A stretch of 64,000 nt of DNA from the IMG/VR virus record IMGVR_UViG_3300028602_000005, positions 18,137-82,136 of that record. One strand, written 5' to 3'. Every line of letters starts with the position of its first letter. Position 1 is the stretch's first letter. Of this stretch, positions 47,201 to 57,081 are shown in pieces. The notes beneath the pieces are model-generated. The model made no database searches. It was given only the letters and a program-made list of their open reading frames with translations, and had not been told where the DNA came from. A program made the position numbers and the translations under genes. Source of the DNA: a virus. Taxonomy: Duplodnaviria; Heunggongvirae; Uroviricota; Caudoviricetes.

Positions 47201-50200
47201 ATGAAAATTACTTGGTCTTGTTATATGCATCCGTTTTCTTCTATGGGTGTGATAGCAATAAATGTATGTAGAGAATTAAATAAACTTGGTTATGATGTCA
47301 GTATTAATGCTTTAAATGCAAAAGATCAAAATTTCTATTTAGAATCATTCCCTCAAGATACTCAAGAATTTATTCAAAAAGGTTTTAGAGAAGACTCTTT
47401 GGGTATTTTTTTTGCCTATCCCGATATTTATCCTTCCGTAAAATGTAAAGTTAATGTTGGTTATACTGGAGCAGATACAAGTGGATGGTACGTAACAACA
47501 CCAGAAATCACTCCTGCTCAAATTTGTAATAAATATATGGATTATATGTTAACCCCTTCACGTTTCAGTATGAAATATATGATTGATAACGGTGTTAAAA
47601 AAGAAATTAGTGTTTTTCCACATGGGGTTGACCTAAATATTTTTAGATCTTTTATACATCATCCAAATAAACAAACTAATAAAAAAATATTTAATTTTTT
47701 ATATGTAGGTGAATTATCTAAAAGAAAAGGAACCCAAGATTTAATAGAAACTTTTATTAAAACATTTGGTTTTGATCCAAATGTAAAACTTATTTTAAGA
47801 GCAAATACACATATGTTATATTATGGTGGAGAAGAAATAAGAAAACTATGTGAAAATAGATCAAATATAGAGTTAAATTGGGTAGATGCTGGTCAAGAAA
47901 ATGTGGCAGAATTTTATAAAAAAGCTGATATGTATGTTTACCCTACAAAAGCAGATTGGTTTGGAATGACTCCTATGGAAGCTTTGGCATCTAATATTCC
48001 AGTTATAGCTACTGACTCTGGTGGGTATATTGAATTTTTGAAAGATTGTATTATACCCTTAAAATCAAAACTTGTTAATATTGAAAATAATCATCCATAT
48101 ATGAAAGGAAAATGGTTTCAGATAGATAAAGAAGAATTATCAGAAAAAATGAAATATGTTGTAGAAAATAAAAGAGAAATATGTGGATGTGAATCTTGGA
48201 AGTATTCAAATATATTAAAAAATTATACATGGGAAAAAGTAACAAAAGATTATTTAGTTCCATTCTTAGAAGAAGTTAAATCAGAAAGATTTACTGAAAA
48301 ATATAAATCAATAGAAAAAAAGGAAACAAAAATGAATAAAAGAGTGACAGTTGGAATCCCTACAAAAGATAGACCTGTTGAATTATCACTATTACTAAAT
48401 TCATTATTAGATCAGACATATAAAGATTTTGATGTTATCATTGTAAATGATTGTCATACTAATCTTTTTAATGAAAATACAACAGTAAGAGCATTGATCA
48501 ATCTTTTAATGCAAGCAAAACATGGTGTTGAAGTAATTGAGGGAGATAGAAAAGGACCACATTATGGAGGTCAAAGAATTTTAGAAAATTCAAAAAATGA
48601 TATTATTTTAAGATTAGATGATGATGTTGCTTTAAGACCCACATTTATCGAAAATTTGATAAAACATTTTGATGATCCTAAAGTTGCTGCTGTTGGTCCT
48701 ATTTATTTAAATCCTCATGAAATTATTAAAAATCAAATTATTGATCCAAAGTTTTCTTATGAAGATAAAGTAAATATGGGAAAAGTTTATTGGGATGAAA
48801 ATGGAATGTTATTTTTAACAGGATATAATCAATGTGTTATGCATCCAGATAAAAAACCTATTGAAACTCAACATTTGAACTCAGGATTTATGTATCGTAA
48901 ATCAGTGGCAAAAGAAATTGGAGAATATTGTTTAGATTTATCAATAGTGGGTCATAGAGAAGAATCTGATTTTTCATATAGAATGTTTCATGCTGGATAT
49001 AAACTTTTAATTGAACCAAATTCTATTGCGATGCATTATCATCCTATGATTGGAGGGATTAGAGAAACAAAAGGAACTTATCATGGAAAAGATAATTGGG
49101 ATCATGATGAAAGAATATTTATTCAGAGAATGGAAAAAATTCTTCCAAGATCAAAAGAGTTTGTTGATAAAACAAAAGTCGGAATTGTTCTTTTAACAAG
49201 TAGAAAATCAAGACAATTTTTACAGATTTTAGAAGATATAAATAAATATACAAATCATCCACATGAAATCGCCATAATTAATAATGATGAAGAACAACTA
49301 GAAAAAGATGTATTAGATAAAATCTTAAAATATCAAACTGTTAGATTTGCTTATACTACTGAGAAACATCTTTCTGTAAGCGAAGCAAGAAATATTGGAT
49401 ATAAAAGTATTTCAAAAGATATTGAATATATTTGTTTCATTGATGATGATGCAAGAATATTAGGAAGATATAATCAAAATACAGATTGGTTAGATTTTCT
49501 ATATCAGAAATTTAATTCTGAACCTGATGTTGGAGCAGTTGGTCCTATTTTAACATGGTTTTCTTTACTTCAATCATATGTTTTATCTGTTTCTTGTTTA
49601 TTTACAAGTAGAAAAGTTCTTGATGTTGTTGGTTTATTTGATAATAATTTTGGAAATAAAGCAAAAGGAACTTGGGGATATGAAGATGTTGATTGGTCAT
49701 ATAGAGTAATTCAATCTGGATTTAAATTAAAAGGAGTTGAAGATAATTATTTTCCATTTTATCATGAAGATACAACAAATAAGGAAAAAGCAGATTGGCA
49801 AGAAGAAGGATTAATAAAGGCATATGATATATTAAAATCAAAATATGATATAGAAGAAATTAATAAATATTGTAGAACTGTATATCCATTTACAGATTTA
49901 CAAATGGAATATATGACAAGAGTAAAAACTAAATTAAATATCGGATGTTTTTATATGTATTTAGAAGGATGGACAAATATCGATATTAATTCCGAAATTC
50001 CTTGTGATAAGATAATGGATATGAGAGATATTAAAAAGAATTATTTAAAAGATACAGTAGATATAATTTTAATATCACAAGTTCTTGAACATATAAATAA
50101 AGAAGATGGTATTAAATCATTGGTTGATATTCATAGTGTTTTAAAACAAGGTGGTCATTTAATTGTAGAAGTTCCCGATTGTGGGGATTTAGAAGAAAGG

Positions 50201-50404
50201 TTAAAAAAGGGAGAGATAAATGAAAGTGAATTAAGAGTAGCAAAAGAGGGAACTCCATCTTTTCCATATCAAGTACATGAAGCAGAATATACAGAAACTG
50301 AATTAAGAGAAATTCTTGAAGGGATTGGTTTTTATGTTTTTCCTAGAAATATAATTAGTTCAGATATGATTAATGCCATTAGATTTGATTGTATAAAGAG
50401 ATAG
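47201..50404 (+). CDS. Four-domain glycan-biosynthesis protein: GT-B (GT4-like), two GT2 (GT-A) domains, and a class I SAM methyltransferase
   Basis: The GT4 E-x7-E motif lies in MEALASNIPVIATDSGG. GT2-1 (about aa 380-620) has VGIPTKDRPV and the DxD motif in LRLDDDV. GT2-2 (about aa 655-880) has VGIVLLTS and the DxD motif in FIDDDARI. The MTase (about aa 900-1067) has LNIGCFYMYLEGWTNID...ILISQVLEHI...GGHLIVEV. 1067 aa. Confidence 0.7.
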   Translation: MKITWSCYMHPFSSMGVIAINVCRELNKLGYDVSINALNAKDQNFYLESFPQDTQEFIQKGFREDSLGIFFAYPDIYPSVKCKVNVGYTGADTSGWYVTTPEITPAQICNKYMDYMLTPSRFSMKYMIDNGVKKEISVFPHGVDLNIFRSFIHHPNKQTNKKIFNFLYVGELSKRKGTQDLIETFIKTFGFDPNVKLILRANTHMLYYGGEEIRKLCENRSNIELNWVDAGQENVAEFYKKADMYVYPTKADWFGMTPMEALASNIPVIATDSGGYIEFLKDCIIPLKSKLVNIENNHPYMKGKWFQIDKEELSEKMKYVVENKREICGCESWKYSNILKNYTWEKVTKDYLVPFLEEVKSERFTEKYKSIEKKETKMNKRVTVGIPTKDRPVELSLLLNSLLDQTYKDFDVIIVNDCHTNLFNENTTVRALINLLMQAKHGVEVIEGDRKGPHYGGQRILENSKNDIILRLDDDVALRPTFIENLIKHFDDPKVAAVGPIYLNPHEIIKNQIIDPKFSYEDKVNMGKVYWDENGMLFLTGYNQCVMHPDKKPIETQHLNSGFMYRKSVAKEIGEYCLDLSIVGHREESDFSYRMFHAGYKLLIEPNSIAMHYHPMIGGIRETKGTYHGKDNWDHDERIFIQRMEKILPRSKEFVDKTKVGIVLLTSRKSRQFLQILEDINKYTNHPHEIAIINNDEEQLEKDVLDKILKYQTVRFAYTTEKHLSVSEARNIGYKSISKDIEYICFIDDDARILGRYNQNTDWLDFLYQKFNSEPDVGAVGPILTWFSLLQSYVLSVSCLFTSRKVLDVVGLFDNNFGNKAKGTWGYEDVDWSYRVIQSGFKLKGVEDNYFPFYHEDTTNKEKADWQEEGLIKAYDILKSKYDIEEINKYCRTVYPFTDLQMEYMTRVKTKLNIGCFYMYLEGWTNIDINSEIPCDKIMDMRDIKKNYLKDTVDIILISQVLEHINKEDGIKSLVDIHSVLKQGGHLIVEVPDCGDLEERLKKGEINESELRVAKEGTPSFPYQVHEAEYTETELREILEGIGFYVFPRNIISSDMINAIRFDCIKR

Positions 50405-50405
50405 A

Positions 50406-50735
50406 ATGAAAAAAGATTATGATGATTGGGTACTTAGAAATATATTGAAAATTGAAGATTTAAAATTCAATCATGATGGATTTTTTATGTCTGCTTTTTT
50501 GGCAGTTTATTATTATCCATTAGATATCTCAAATGGAAAAATATTAAAATTTATAACTGAAAATGAAGATAATTTAGAGACTATCGTTATTTATGACAAT
50601 ATGATTATAAAAGTAAAACATATAGAATTTAATATAAAAGAGTTTTATTCAAAATTCTTTTTAACGCTTGAAGGTTTTGTTTATGATGAAGAAGATGAAG
50701 AAATTTTAGAAGATGATAATTTTGTTTATAATTGA
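50406..50735 (+). CDS. Hypothetical protein
   Basis: 109 aa, ATGA-type coupling to the upstream gene. Confidence 0.4.
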   Translation: MKKDYDDWVLRNILKIEDLKFNHDGFFMSAFLAVYYYPLDISNGKILKFITENEDNLETIVIYDNMIIKVKHIEFNIKEFYSKFFLTLEGFVYDEEDEEILEDDNFVYN

Positions 50736-50749
50736 AAGGATAATTTAAA

Positions 50750-51582
50750 TTGAAAGAAATTAAATTATGTGATTATGGTTGTGGTAATGAAGCCAAATTT
50801 TATTTTTCAACTGTTAAAAAATGGTGTTGTAGTAAACACCAAAATAATTGTCCAGAATTAAGAAAAAAATTAGGATTTCCTAAAGGAAATAAAAATCCAA
50901 AATTATCTAAATTGATGAAAGGAAAAATACCTTGGAATAAAGGTGTTAGTGGATATCATATTCATTCAGAAGAATGGAAAGAAAAAATATCAAAATTTAT
51001 AAAAGAAAGACCTATAAGTGAAGAAACACGGAAAAATTAAGTGAATCAAAACTTGGTAAAAAGGGAATAATTCCATCTAATGAAACCAGATTGAAAATGT
51101 CAATCAATAATGGATCTAAAAGACCAGAAATTAAAGAAAAAATTGGAGAAGCCAGTAGAGAAAGGTGGAAAAATAAGGAATATAGAGATAAAATAATGGC
51201 TACTTTTACAGAAGAAAGAAGAAAAAATATGAGTGAAAGAATGAAAAACGGTGGGCATAAACATGCTATAAAATTTATAAATAAAATATCTAAGGAAGAA
51301 TTGAAGTTAGGAAAATTAGTTAAAAAATTACATCCTAATTGTGAATATCAATATTCTGTAATTAATTATGATTTAGATATTGCTTTGCCAGAATATAAAA
51401 TCGGAATAGAATTTGATGGTTATTATCATTTTCATACAGATGAAGCTAAAAAATATTTTAAAAAAAGAAGAAAAAGAATAGAAAAAGAAGGATGGAAATT
51501 ATTAAGCTATACAATGTATGAAAAACTTCCAAGTTTAGATAAATTAGAAAAAGATATAAATATTTTAATAGAAGGGGATTAA
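50750..51582 (+). pseudogene. Homing-endonuclease-like gene (NUMOD3 repeats plus a DUF559/Vsr-like PD-(D/E)xK nuclease domain) split by a -1 frameshift in an A5 run
   Basis: ORF 50750-51040 ends with ...SEETRKN*. The shifted frame continues ETRKKLSESKLGKKGIIPSNETRL... with more NUMOD3-like h-S-E-E-T-K-K-K-i-S units. The C-terminus has IEFDGYYHFH...KKRRKRIEKEGWKLL, the DUF559 signature. Confidence 0.5.
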
Positions 51583-51588
51583 TATAAA

Positions 51589-52671
51589 ATGAAAGTAGTT
51601 TTTTATTCAAATAGAATGGAATTTGATCGTTATGATATGGAAACTGTTGGTATGGGTGGTTCTGAATCTGCTCTTTGTAACATAGTCAATAATTGGATCA
51701 AACAATTTCCTAAAGACGAAATAATCATTTATAATGGAAAAAAAGAAAAGAAAAAATATAATGATAATGTAATATTTAAAACAATAAAAGATTTTGATAA
51801 TGAAAAAAGAAATTTTGATGTCCATGCTTTTATTTCTTTAAGGGACCATCAACCATTTTTTGAACCATTCATAGATGCAAAATTTAAATTTATGTGGTCA
51901 CAAGATAATATGAAAGAACTTTCCCTTCAAATATTGAATGATAATGAATATGCAAAAAACAATATAGATGGAATATTTGTGATAAGTAATCATTCTAAAA
52001 ATGATATTGGTTTATATTTTAATAAACCTATTTATTTACAAAGAAATGGTTATAATGATGATTGGATTAATTGGATGGAAGTTGGATCTGTATATAGAAA
52101 ACCAATTGCTGTTTATTCTTCTACTCCTTTTAGAGGTCTTGATATTTTAGCTGAATTATGGCCTTATATTTATAATGGATGCAAAGAGAGAGGAGTTGAA
52201 CCAATATTAAAAGTTTTTTCAAGTATGTCATTATATCAGCAATCTGATGATAATTTTAGAAATTTATATAATAAATTAAAAAGTTTACCAAATGTTGATT
52301 TAGTTGGAGCAATCCCACAAAAAAAATTATATGAAGAGTTACATAAAGCAAGAACAATGTTATATTCAAATAATTTTGAAGAAGCGGGATGTATGGCAGT
52401 TTTGGAGGCTTTAGCTTGTGGGGTTGAAGTAATTACAACTGACTTAGGAGCATTGGCAGAACAAGTTAAAAATGGAGTAAACGGATATACGATTAAAGGA
52501 AATGCATATTCAGAAGAATATCAAAAACAATTTATAGAATTGGGGATAAAATCTCTACATTCAAATGATTGTGGAATAAGTATAACAGAAAATCATGATT
52601 TAATTTTTTCATGGAAAGATCAAGCAAGATTAATGAGAGAAACAATAATAAAGGAGTATTTAATAAAATGA
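51589..52671 (+). CDS. Glycosyltransferase, GT-B fold (GT4-like)
   Basis: C-terminal FEEAGCMAVLEALACGVEVITTD fits E-x7-E; 360 aa. Confidence 0.5.
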   Translation: MKVVFYSNRMEFDRYDMETVGMGGSESALCNIVNNWIKQFPKDEIIIYNGKKEKKKYNDNVIFKTIKDFDNEKRNFDVHAFISLRDHQPFFEPFIDAKFKFMWSQDNMKELSLQILNDNEYAKNNIDGIFVISNHSKNDIGLYFNKPIYLQRNGYNDDWINWMEVGSVYRKPIAVYSSTPFRGLDILAELWPYIYNGCKERGVEPILKVFSSMSLYQQSDDNFRNLYNKLKSLPNVDLVGAIPQKKLYEELHKARTMLYSNNFEEAGCMAVLEALACGVEVITTDLGALAEQVKNGVNGYTIKGNAYSEEYQKQFIELGIKSLHSNDCGISITENHDLIFSWKDQARLMRETIIKEYLIK

Positions 52672-53468
52672 TTAAACCTTTTACTTTAGTAGCAGTTCCT
52701 TTTAAGGGAAAACCTGAATTTGTATTAGAATTTTGTCAAAGTCTTATTAGAAGTTATGCATCTGGATTTTCATATATGGTTATTTTATTTGACGATGGAT
52801 CAAAACCAGAAGAGGTTGAATATATTTATAATACATTAAAAAATATGAAATGTCCTTATAGTGTCGTGGCTAATTCTAATAATGTTGGATATACAAGAAA
52901 AGTTTATGATATTTTTGAATATGCAAAATCTCAAACTGATTTTACTCACGTTTTATTAGCTAATAGTGATATTAAATTAAATCCTCAAACATTTGAAACG
53001 ATAATAAAAAAATCAATATCTAATGAGAATATTGCAGCAGTTGGTGGTAAAATATTAGATTATAATAAAGGAGAAGTAATTCTTCACACAGGAACAAGAT
53101 TAGAAAATGGAGAAATAGTTGATCCTTATTGTGGTCTTCAGAGAAATGATCCTAAAACAAATTATACAGAGAGAAGATTATGGGTTAATGGATGTTTTAC
53201 AATGTATAATTTAAAGATATTGAGAAAAGAAAATTTAAATTTTAATCTTGATTTTTCACCTGCATATTTTGAAGAAGCTGATCTTATGACTGAATTAAAT
53301 CTTAAAGGATATAGTGTTTTATATGAACCAAAGGCAGAAATAAAACATTTTGTTAATGGAACAATGAATGAAAAAAGATCAGAAAACGAAGCACATTTTA
53401 ATAGAAACTGGAACAAATATCTAGAGAAATGGAAACCATATTTTAATTCACCAAAATTGAGGTTTTAG
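52668..53468 (+). CDS. Family 2 (GT-A) glycosyltransferase
   Basis: ATG at 52668 with an AAGGAG RBS and ATGA overlap; the ORF-track start at 52611 lies inside the upstream gene. FTLVAVPFKG...ILFDDGS is GT2-like, with an LANSD acidic motif. Confidence 0.55.
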   Translation: MIKPFTLVAVPFKGKPEFVLEFCQSLIRSYASGFSYMVILFDDGSKPEEVEYIYNTLKNMKCPYSVVANSNNVGYTRKVYDIFEYAKSQTDFTHVLLANSDIKLNPQTFETIIKKSISNENIAAVGGKILDYNKGEVILHTGTRLENGEIVDPYCGLQRNDPKTNYTERRLWVNGCFTMYNLKILRKENLNFNLDFSPAYFEEADLMTELNLKGYSVLYEPKAEIKHFVNGTMNEKRSENEAHFNRNWNKYLEKWKPYFNSPKLRF

Positions 53469-53481
53469 AAGGGGATAATAA

Positions 53482-54372
53482 ATGAATCACAGTGAAAAAG
53501 TTAGAGAATTAGCAAAAATGTTTTTAAGAGATAATATTGGTTATCTTGGTGGTGATTATGATTTTATGGATAATGTAAGAATTAATAAAAAAGAAATAAG
53601 TAAATTTTATATTCCACAAATTAAATATAATCGTGAAATTTCTGGTTGTGTAGAAAATGTATTAATATATTTAATATTCAATTCTATTAATTTTTGTTAT
53701 TGGTATGGTAGTAATTCAATTTATCCAGATCAAGTAGATAATAAAAGCGGAAATAGTGGTTCATCTTTTCTTTTATATTTAGTAGAAAGTAGTGTAAAAG
53801 AGGGTTCTTTTGATGATATTTTTGAAACACTTGTTGAAAAATTGATAAAATATAAAATACCATATCTAAAAGATAGAATTTTAAATTTAAAAGAAATTTT
53901 AATTGATGGAAAAGAAAACACACAATCATTTAAATATATGATAGAATTTAATAATAATAATAATGCTCAATATATTTTAAACAAATTAATAAATAATTAT
54001 CCAATATCATTTGCAGACGATATGTTTTTAAAAAGAGCACAGTTGCTTATAAAAATGTTATATGAAAATTTTGGATTTTTTCAAGATAATATTAATACAA
54101 TAACTGTTCCTGCTGATTATCAAATACCAAAAGTGCTTGAATATTATAGACTCATAGAGTATGATGAAAAATTAAAAAATATTATTAAAAATAAAGAATT
54201 AATTCCAAAAGGATCTTCTCTTGAATGTCAAATTAGAGCAGCAACAATTTTGACTTGTGATTATCTTGCAGAAGTAAATAATATTAATACATGTATGGTT
54301 GATACATTTTTATTTAATGAAAAAAATAATATATATAATCCATTTCATTTAACAATAACAACAGATTATTAA
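53482..54372 (+). CDS. Hypothetical protein, possibly DUF2419/Qng1-like (queuosine salvage family). Low certainty.
   Basis: NSINFCYWYG and ADYQIPKVL resemble segments I recall from the Qng1 family. This is a recollection, not a computed match. 296 aa. Confidence 0.3.
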   Translation: MNHSEKVRELAKMFLRDNIGYLGGDYDFMDNVRINKKEISKFYIPQIKYNREISGCVENVLIYLIFNSINFCYWYGSNSIYPDQVDNKSGNSGSSFLLYLVESSVKEGSFDDIFETLVEKLIKYKIPYLKDRILNLKEILIDGKENTQSFKYMIEFNNNNNAQYILNKLINNYPISFADDMFLKRAQLLIKMLYENFGFFQDNINTITVPADYQIPKVLEYYRLIEYDEKLKNIIKNKELIPKGSSLECQIRAATILTCDYLAEVNNINTCMVDTFLFNEKNNIYNPFHLTITTDY

Positions 54373-54398
54373 AAATAAGAAAGGAAAATAAAAAAAAT

Positions 54399-55628
54399 AT
54401 GGAAGACAATTTTTTAAATGATTTAATGAATGATCCTGAATTGGAAAAGGCACTCGATAAAGTGACAGAAAATCTAAAAAAACAAACAGATGAAGAAATA
54501 GTAAATAACATATTAAAAAATGCAGAAGAAGAAAAAATTATAGAAGATGAAGATGATGATGTTGTCATTATGAGTGATGATATTAGATTCGAAAATGAAA
54601 CAGAACAACCATTCAAGAGTATGTTGTATGCTCATGATGGAATGACAATTGATGAATTAATGGGTGGAAAAAAACCTAAAGATGATGATGCGTTTGTTAT
54701 AATTGCAGACGGCGGCGTGGGCGATAATGTGTGCATTTCTCCGATGATAGAATCAGCAAAAAAAACCTATCCAAATAAGAAAATTATTGTTGGAGCATCT
54801 CATCATGAAGTTCTCATAGGAAATCCAAATATTGATGTTCTTTATAATTTAGGTTTTCCAGGAGATTTATTTGATAAATGGGTAAAGCCTTTAAAACATT
54901 TTGGATCAGTCATTAAGAGAGATATTTATAATGCTTGCGCTCATAAGTTATTTCCAGGTCCATTGAGTATGATTTGGTGTCATTTATATGGAGTTCCCTA
55001 TTATGGAGATAAAGTTAAAATATATTTAAGTGAAGATGAAGAGAAAGAAGCAAAACAGTTTTTAAAGTCTTTCCCTAGAGATGTTATTTTTATTCATGGA
55101 ACTGGTGCAAAATTAACATTTAATCCATCAGTTCAAATTACTCCAAATAAAGATTGGTTTCCTGAATATTGGGAACATTTAGTGGCTGAATTAACTAAAG
55201 ATTTTGATGTTGTTCAAGTTGGTGGTCCTCAAGAATCACCAATTAAGGGGGCAACAACATATCTAATGGGGCAAACATCTTTAAGACAGACAGCGGCACT
55301 TTTAAAACAAAGTCTTACTTATGTAGCAATTGATAGTTTTGTTGGTCATTGTGGAGCCGCTGTTGATAAAACTGGAGTTGTTTTATTTGGTAGAAGTAAT
55401 CCATATATTGCTGGTCATGCTGTAAATAAAAATATGTTTGTAAAAGGATCATGTGAAGAAAATGATTTATTCTGTGGAAGACCTCAAGGATATTTCGGTG
55501 ATGCTGAAATGTTTCAAGGTCAATTAAGACCTTGGGTTTGTCCTCATAGAAGTTGTATGAAAGCAATTAGACCTTCAAGAGTTTTAGAAGAAGTTCTTAA
55601 AATAGCTAAAAAGGCAAAAAAGAAATAA
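54399..55628 (+). CDS. GT9-family (heptosyltransferase-like) glycosyltransferase
   Basis: FVIIADGGVGDNVCISPMIESAKK matches the GT9 N-terminal motif (h-G-D-h-h...P). Two Rossmann-like halves. 409 aa. Confidence 0.5.
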   Translation: MEDNFLNDLMNDPELEKALDKVTENLKKQTDEEIVNNILKNAEEEKIIEDEDDDVVIMSDDIRFENETEQPFKSMLYAHDGMTIDELMGGKKPKDDDAFVIIADGGVGDNVCISPMIESAKKTYPNKKIIVGASHHEVLIGNPNIDVLYNLGFPGDLFDKWVKPLKHFGSVIKRDIYNACAHKLFPGPLSMIWCHLYGVPYYGDKVKIYLSEDEEKEAKQFLKSFPRDVIFIHGTGAKLTFNPSVQITPNKDWFPEYWEHLVAELTKDFDVVQVGGPQESPIKGATTYLMGQTSLRQTAALLKQSLTYVAIDSFVGHCGAAVDKTGVVLFGRSNPYIAGHAVNKNMFVKGSCEENDLFCGRPQGYFGDAEMFQGQLRPWVCPHRSCMKAIRPSRVLEEVLKIAKKAKKK

Positions 55629-55630
55629 AT

Positions 55631-55918
55631 ATGAAAGAATTAAAATTTCAAAATCCAACTTTTAATGATGGAGAAAATGTAACTATCAGAAGAGGGGATA
55701 AATGGAATAATATTAAAGAAGCTTTAATCAATGGCAAATCAGTTAATTTAAAAACAGAATTAATACGTTTCAATGAATTAACTGATTTGCATATTAAAAA
55801 TGAGCATGATCCCAAATGTAGAAGTATTGAAGGTTTATTTGAAGTAATGTCTGAATTGTATTATGGATTTAATAAAGATGAATACGTAACTATTATATAT
55901 TTTATCTGGAAAAACTAA
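55631..55918 (+). CDS. Hypothetical protein
   Basis: 95 aa, 2 nt after the upstream stop. Confidence 0.45.
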   Translation: MKELKFQNPTFNDGENVTIRRGDKWNNIKEALINGKSVNLKTELIRFNELTDLHIKNEHDPKCRSIEGLFEVMSELYYGFNKDEYVTIIYFIWKN

Positions 55919-55926
55919 GAACATAA
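55914..55926 (+). promoter_or_regulatory. Motif 2 (CTAAGAACATAAT) overlapping a stop codon, 50 nt upstream of the ATG at 55964
   Basis: Conserved element. Confidence 0.4.
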
Positions 55927-55963
55927 TATTATAAAGATTATTAATTTAAATAGGAAATATAAT

Positions 55964-56374
55964 ATGAAAGAAAATATAGTAGATAATTATTTGAATTATT
56001 TAAATGAAGGTATTTTAAAAAAAATTCCAAAATTTTTAAACAAAGATGTAAAAGATGTTTTTAAATTTGGTAAAAAATCTAAAGAAATTCCTCGTTTGAA
56101 AAATACTACAAAAAAACTAACAGACGTTGAAAAAATAGAGAATAAACTTAAAGATATGAGAGAAAAATTAAAAAAATCTGTTGGTGATGAAGAAGCAAAA
56201 AAATATTATAAAAGACAATTATTGATATATAAAAAAGCATATGCTGCATCAGATAAAAGTACTGCTATAAAAAAAGTAAATGACGCCAAGATTAATAAGA
56301 AATTCATAATGGATAAGCATAAACGTATGAAACAACAACAATTGGATGCAATTAGAAAATCTAAAGGAAAATAA
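55964..56374 (+). CDS. Lys-rich hypothetical protein
   Basis: 136 aa, K-rich and helical. Confidence 0.45.
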   Translation: MKENIVDNYLNYLNEGILKKIPKFLNKDVKDVFKFGKKSKEIPRLKNTTKKLTDVEKIENKLKDMREKLKKSVGDEEAKKYYKRQLLIYKKAYAASDKSTAIKKVNDAKINKKFIMDKHKRMKQQQLDAIRKSKGK

Positions 56375-56385
56375 GGATAACATTT

Positions 56386-56973
56386 TTGAAAAAACTAAAT
56401 AGTTTATATAAATTAAACTCTTTAGGTTTTAATACTCCAATATTTATTCCAATATATAAAAGATCAGATCTGATTAAGAATATAGACCAAATAAAATTAT
56501 TATCGCCATTATCAATCAGGTCTGATCACCCCACTAAAGATGGAATAGTCTTTCCATTTTTTCCAGATCAATCTTTTGAAAATGCATTAATTCATATAGA
56601 AGAAATATTAGATAAAGGATTAATTGCAATTGTTCAAAAAAGTGTAAATCCTAAAGAAAGTTCAATAGCTGGAAAATATTTAAAATATGAAAATTACGGA
56701 ATAATTGAATACTTTATTGGTGTTGGAACTATAAGAGAAGAAATGGAAGGATTGAATAATAATCTAAGATATGTAGAGTGTAATGATAGAAAAATATTAA
56801 ATAGATTTATAACACCAGATATTGAACCTTTTATTACTGATATAAATAGTCAGATAATAAGAGATACATGGTGTTTAATTTCACCATGCTGTATTGAATG
56901 GGCAATTTATCCATATGAAATAGGAATGTTAAACAAAAAAATAATATTTTGGGAAACTTATAAATTAAAATAG
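56386..56973 (+). CDS. Hypothetical protein
   Basis: 195 aa, TTG start as given by the ORF track. Confidence 0.4.
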   Translation: MKKLNSLYKLNSLGFNTPIFIPIYKRSDLIKNIDQIKLLSPLSIRSDHPTKDGIVFPFFPDQSFENALIHIEEILDKGLIAIVQKSVNPKESSIAGKYLKYENYGIIEYFIGVGTIREEMEGLNNNLRYVECNDRKILNRFITPDIEPFITDINSQIIRDTWCLISPCCIEWAIYPYEIGMLNKKIIFWETYKLK

Positions 56974-57002
56974 ATGATGGACCTTTAATTAAGATCCATC
57001 AT
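56973..57002. terminator. Bidirectional hairpin terminator
   Basis: GATGATGGA-loop-TCCATCATC between convergent genes at 56973 and 57082. Confidence 0.55.
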
Positions 57003-57081
57003 CCAGAGTCAAAATTAATTATCTCTACTCAAGAATAGATTTTTAAAATTTAATCTATCCTTATTATTTAACATTATTTTT

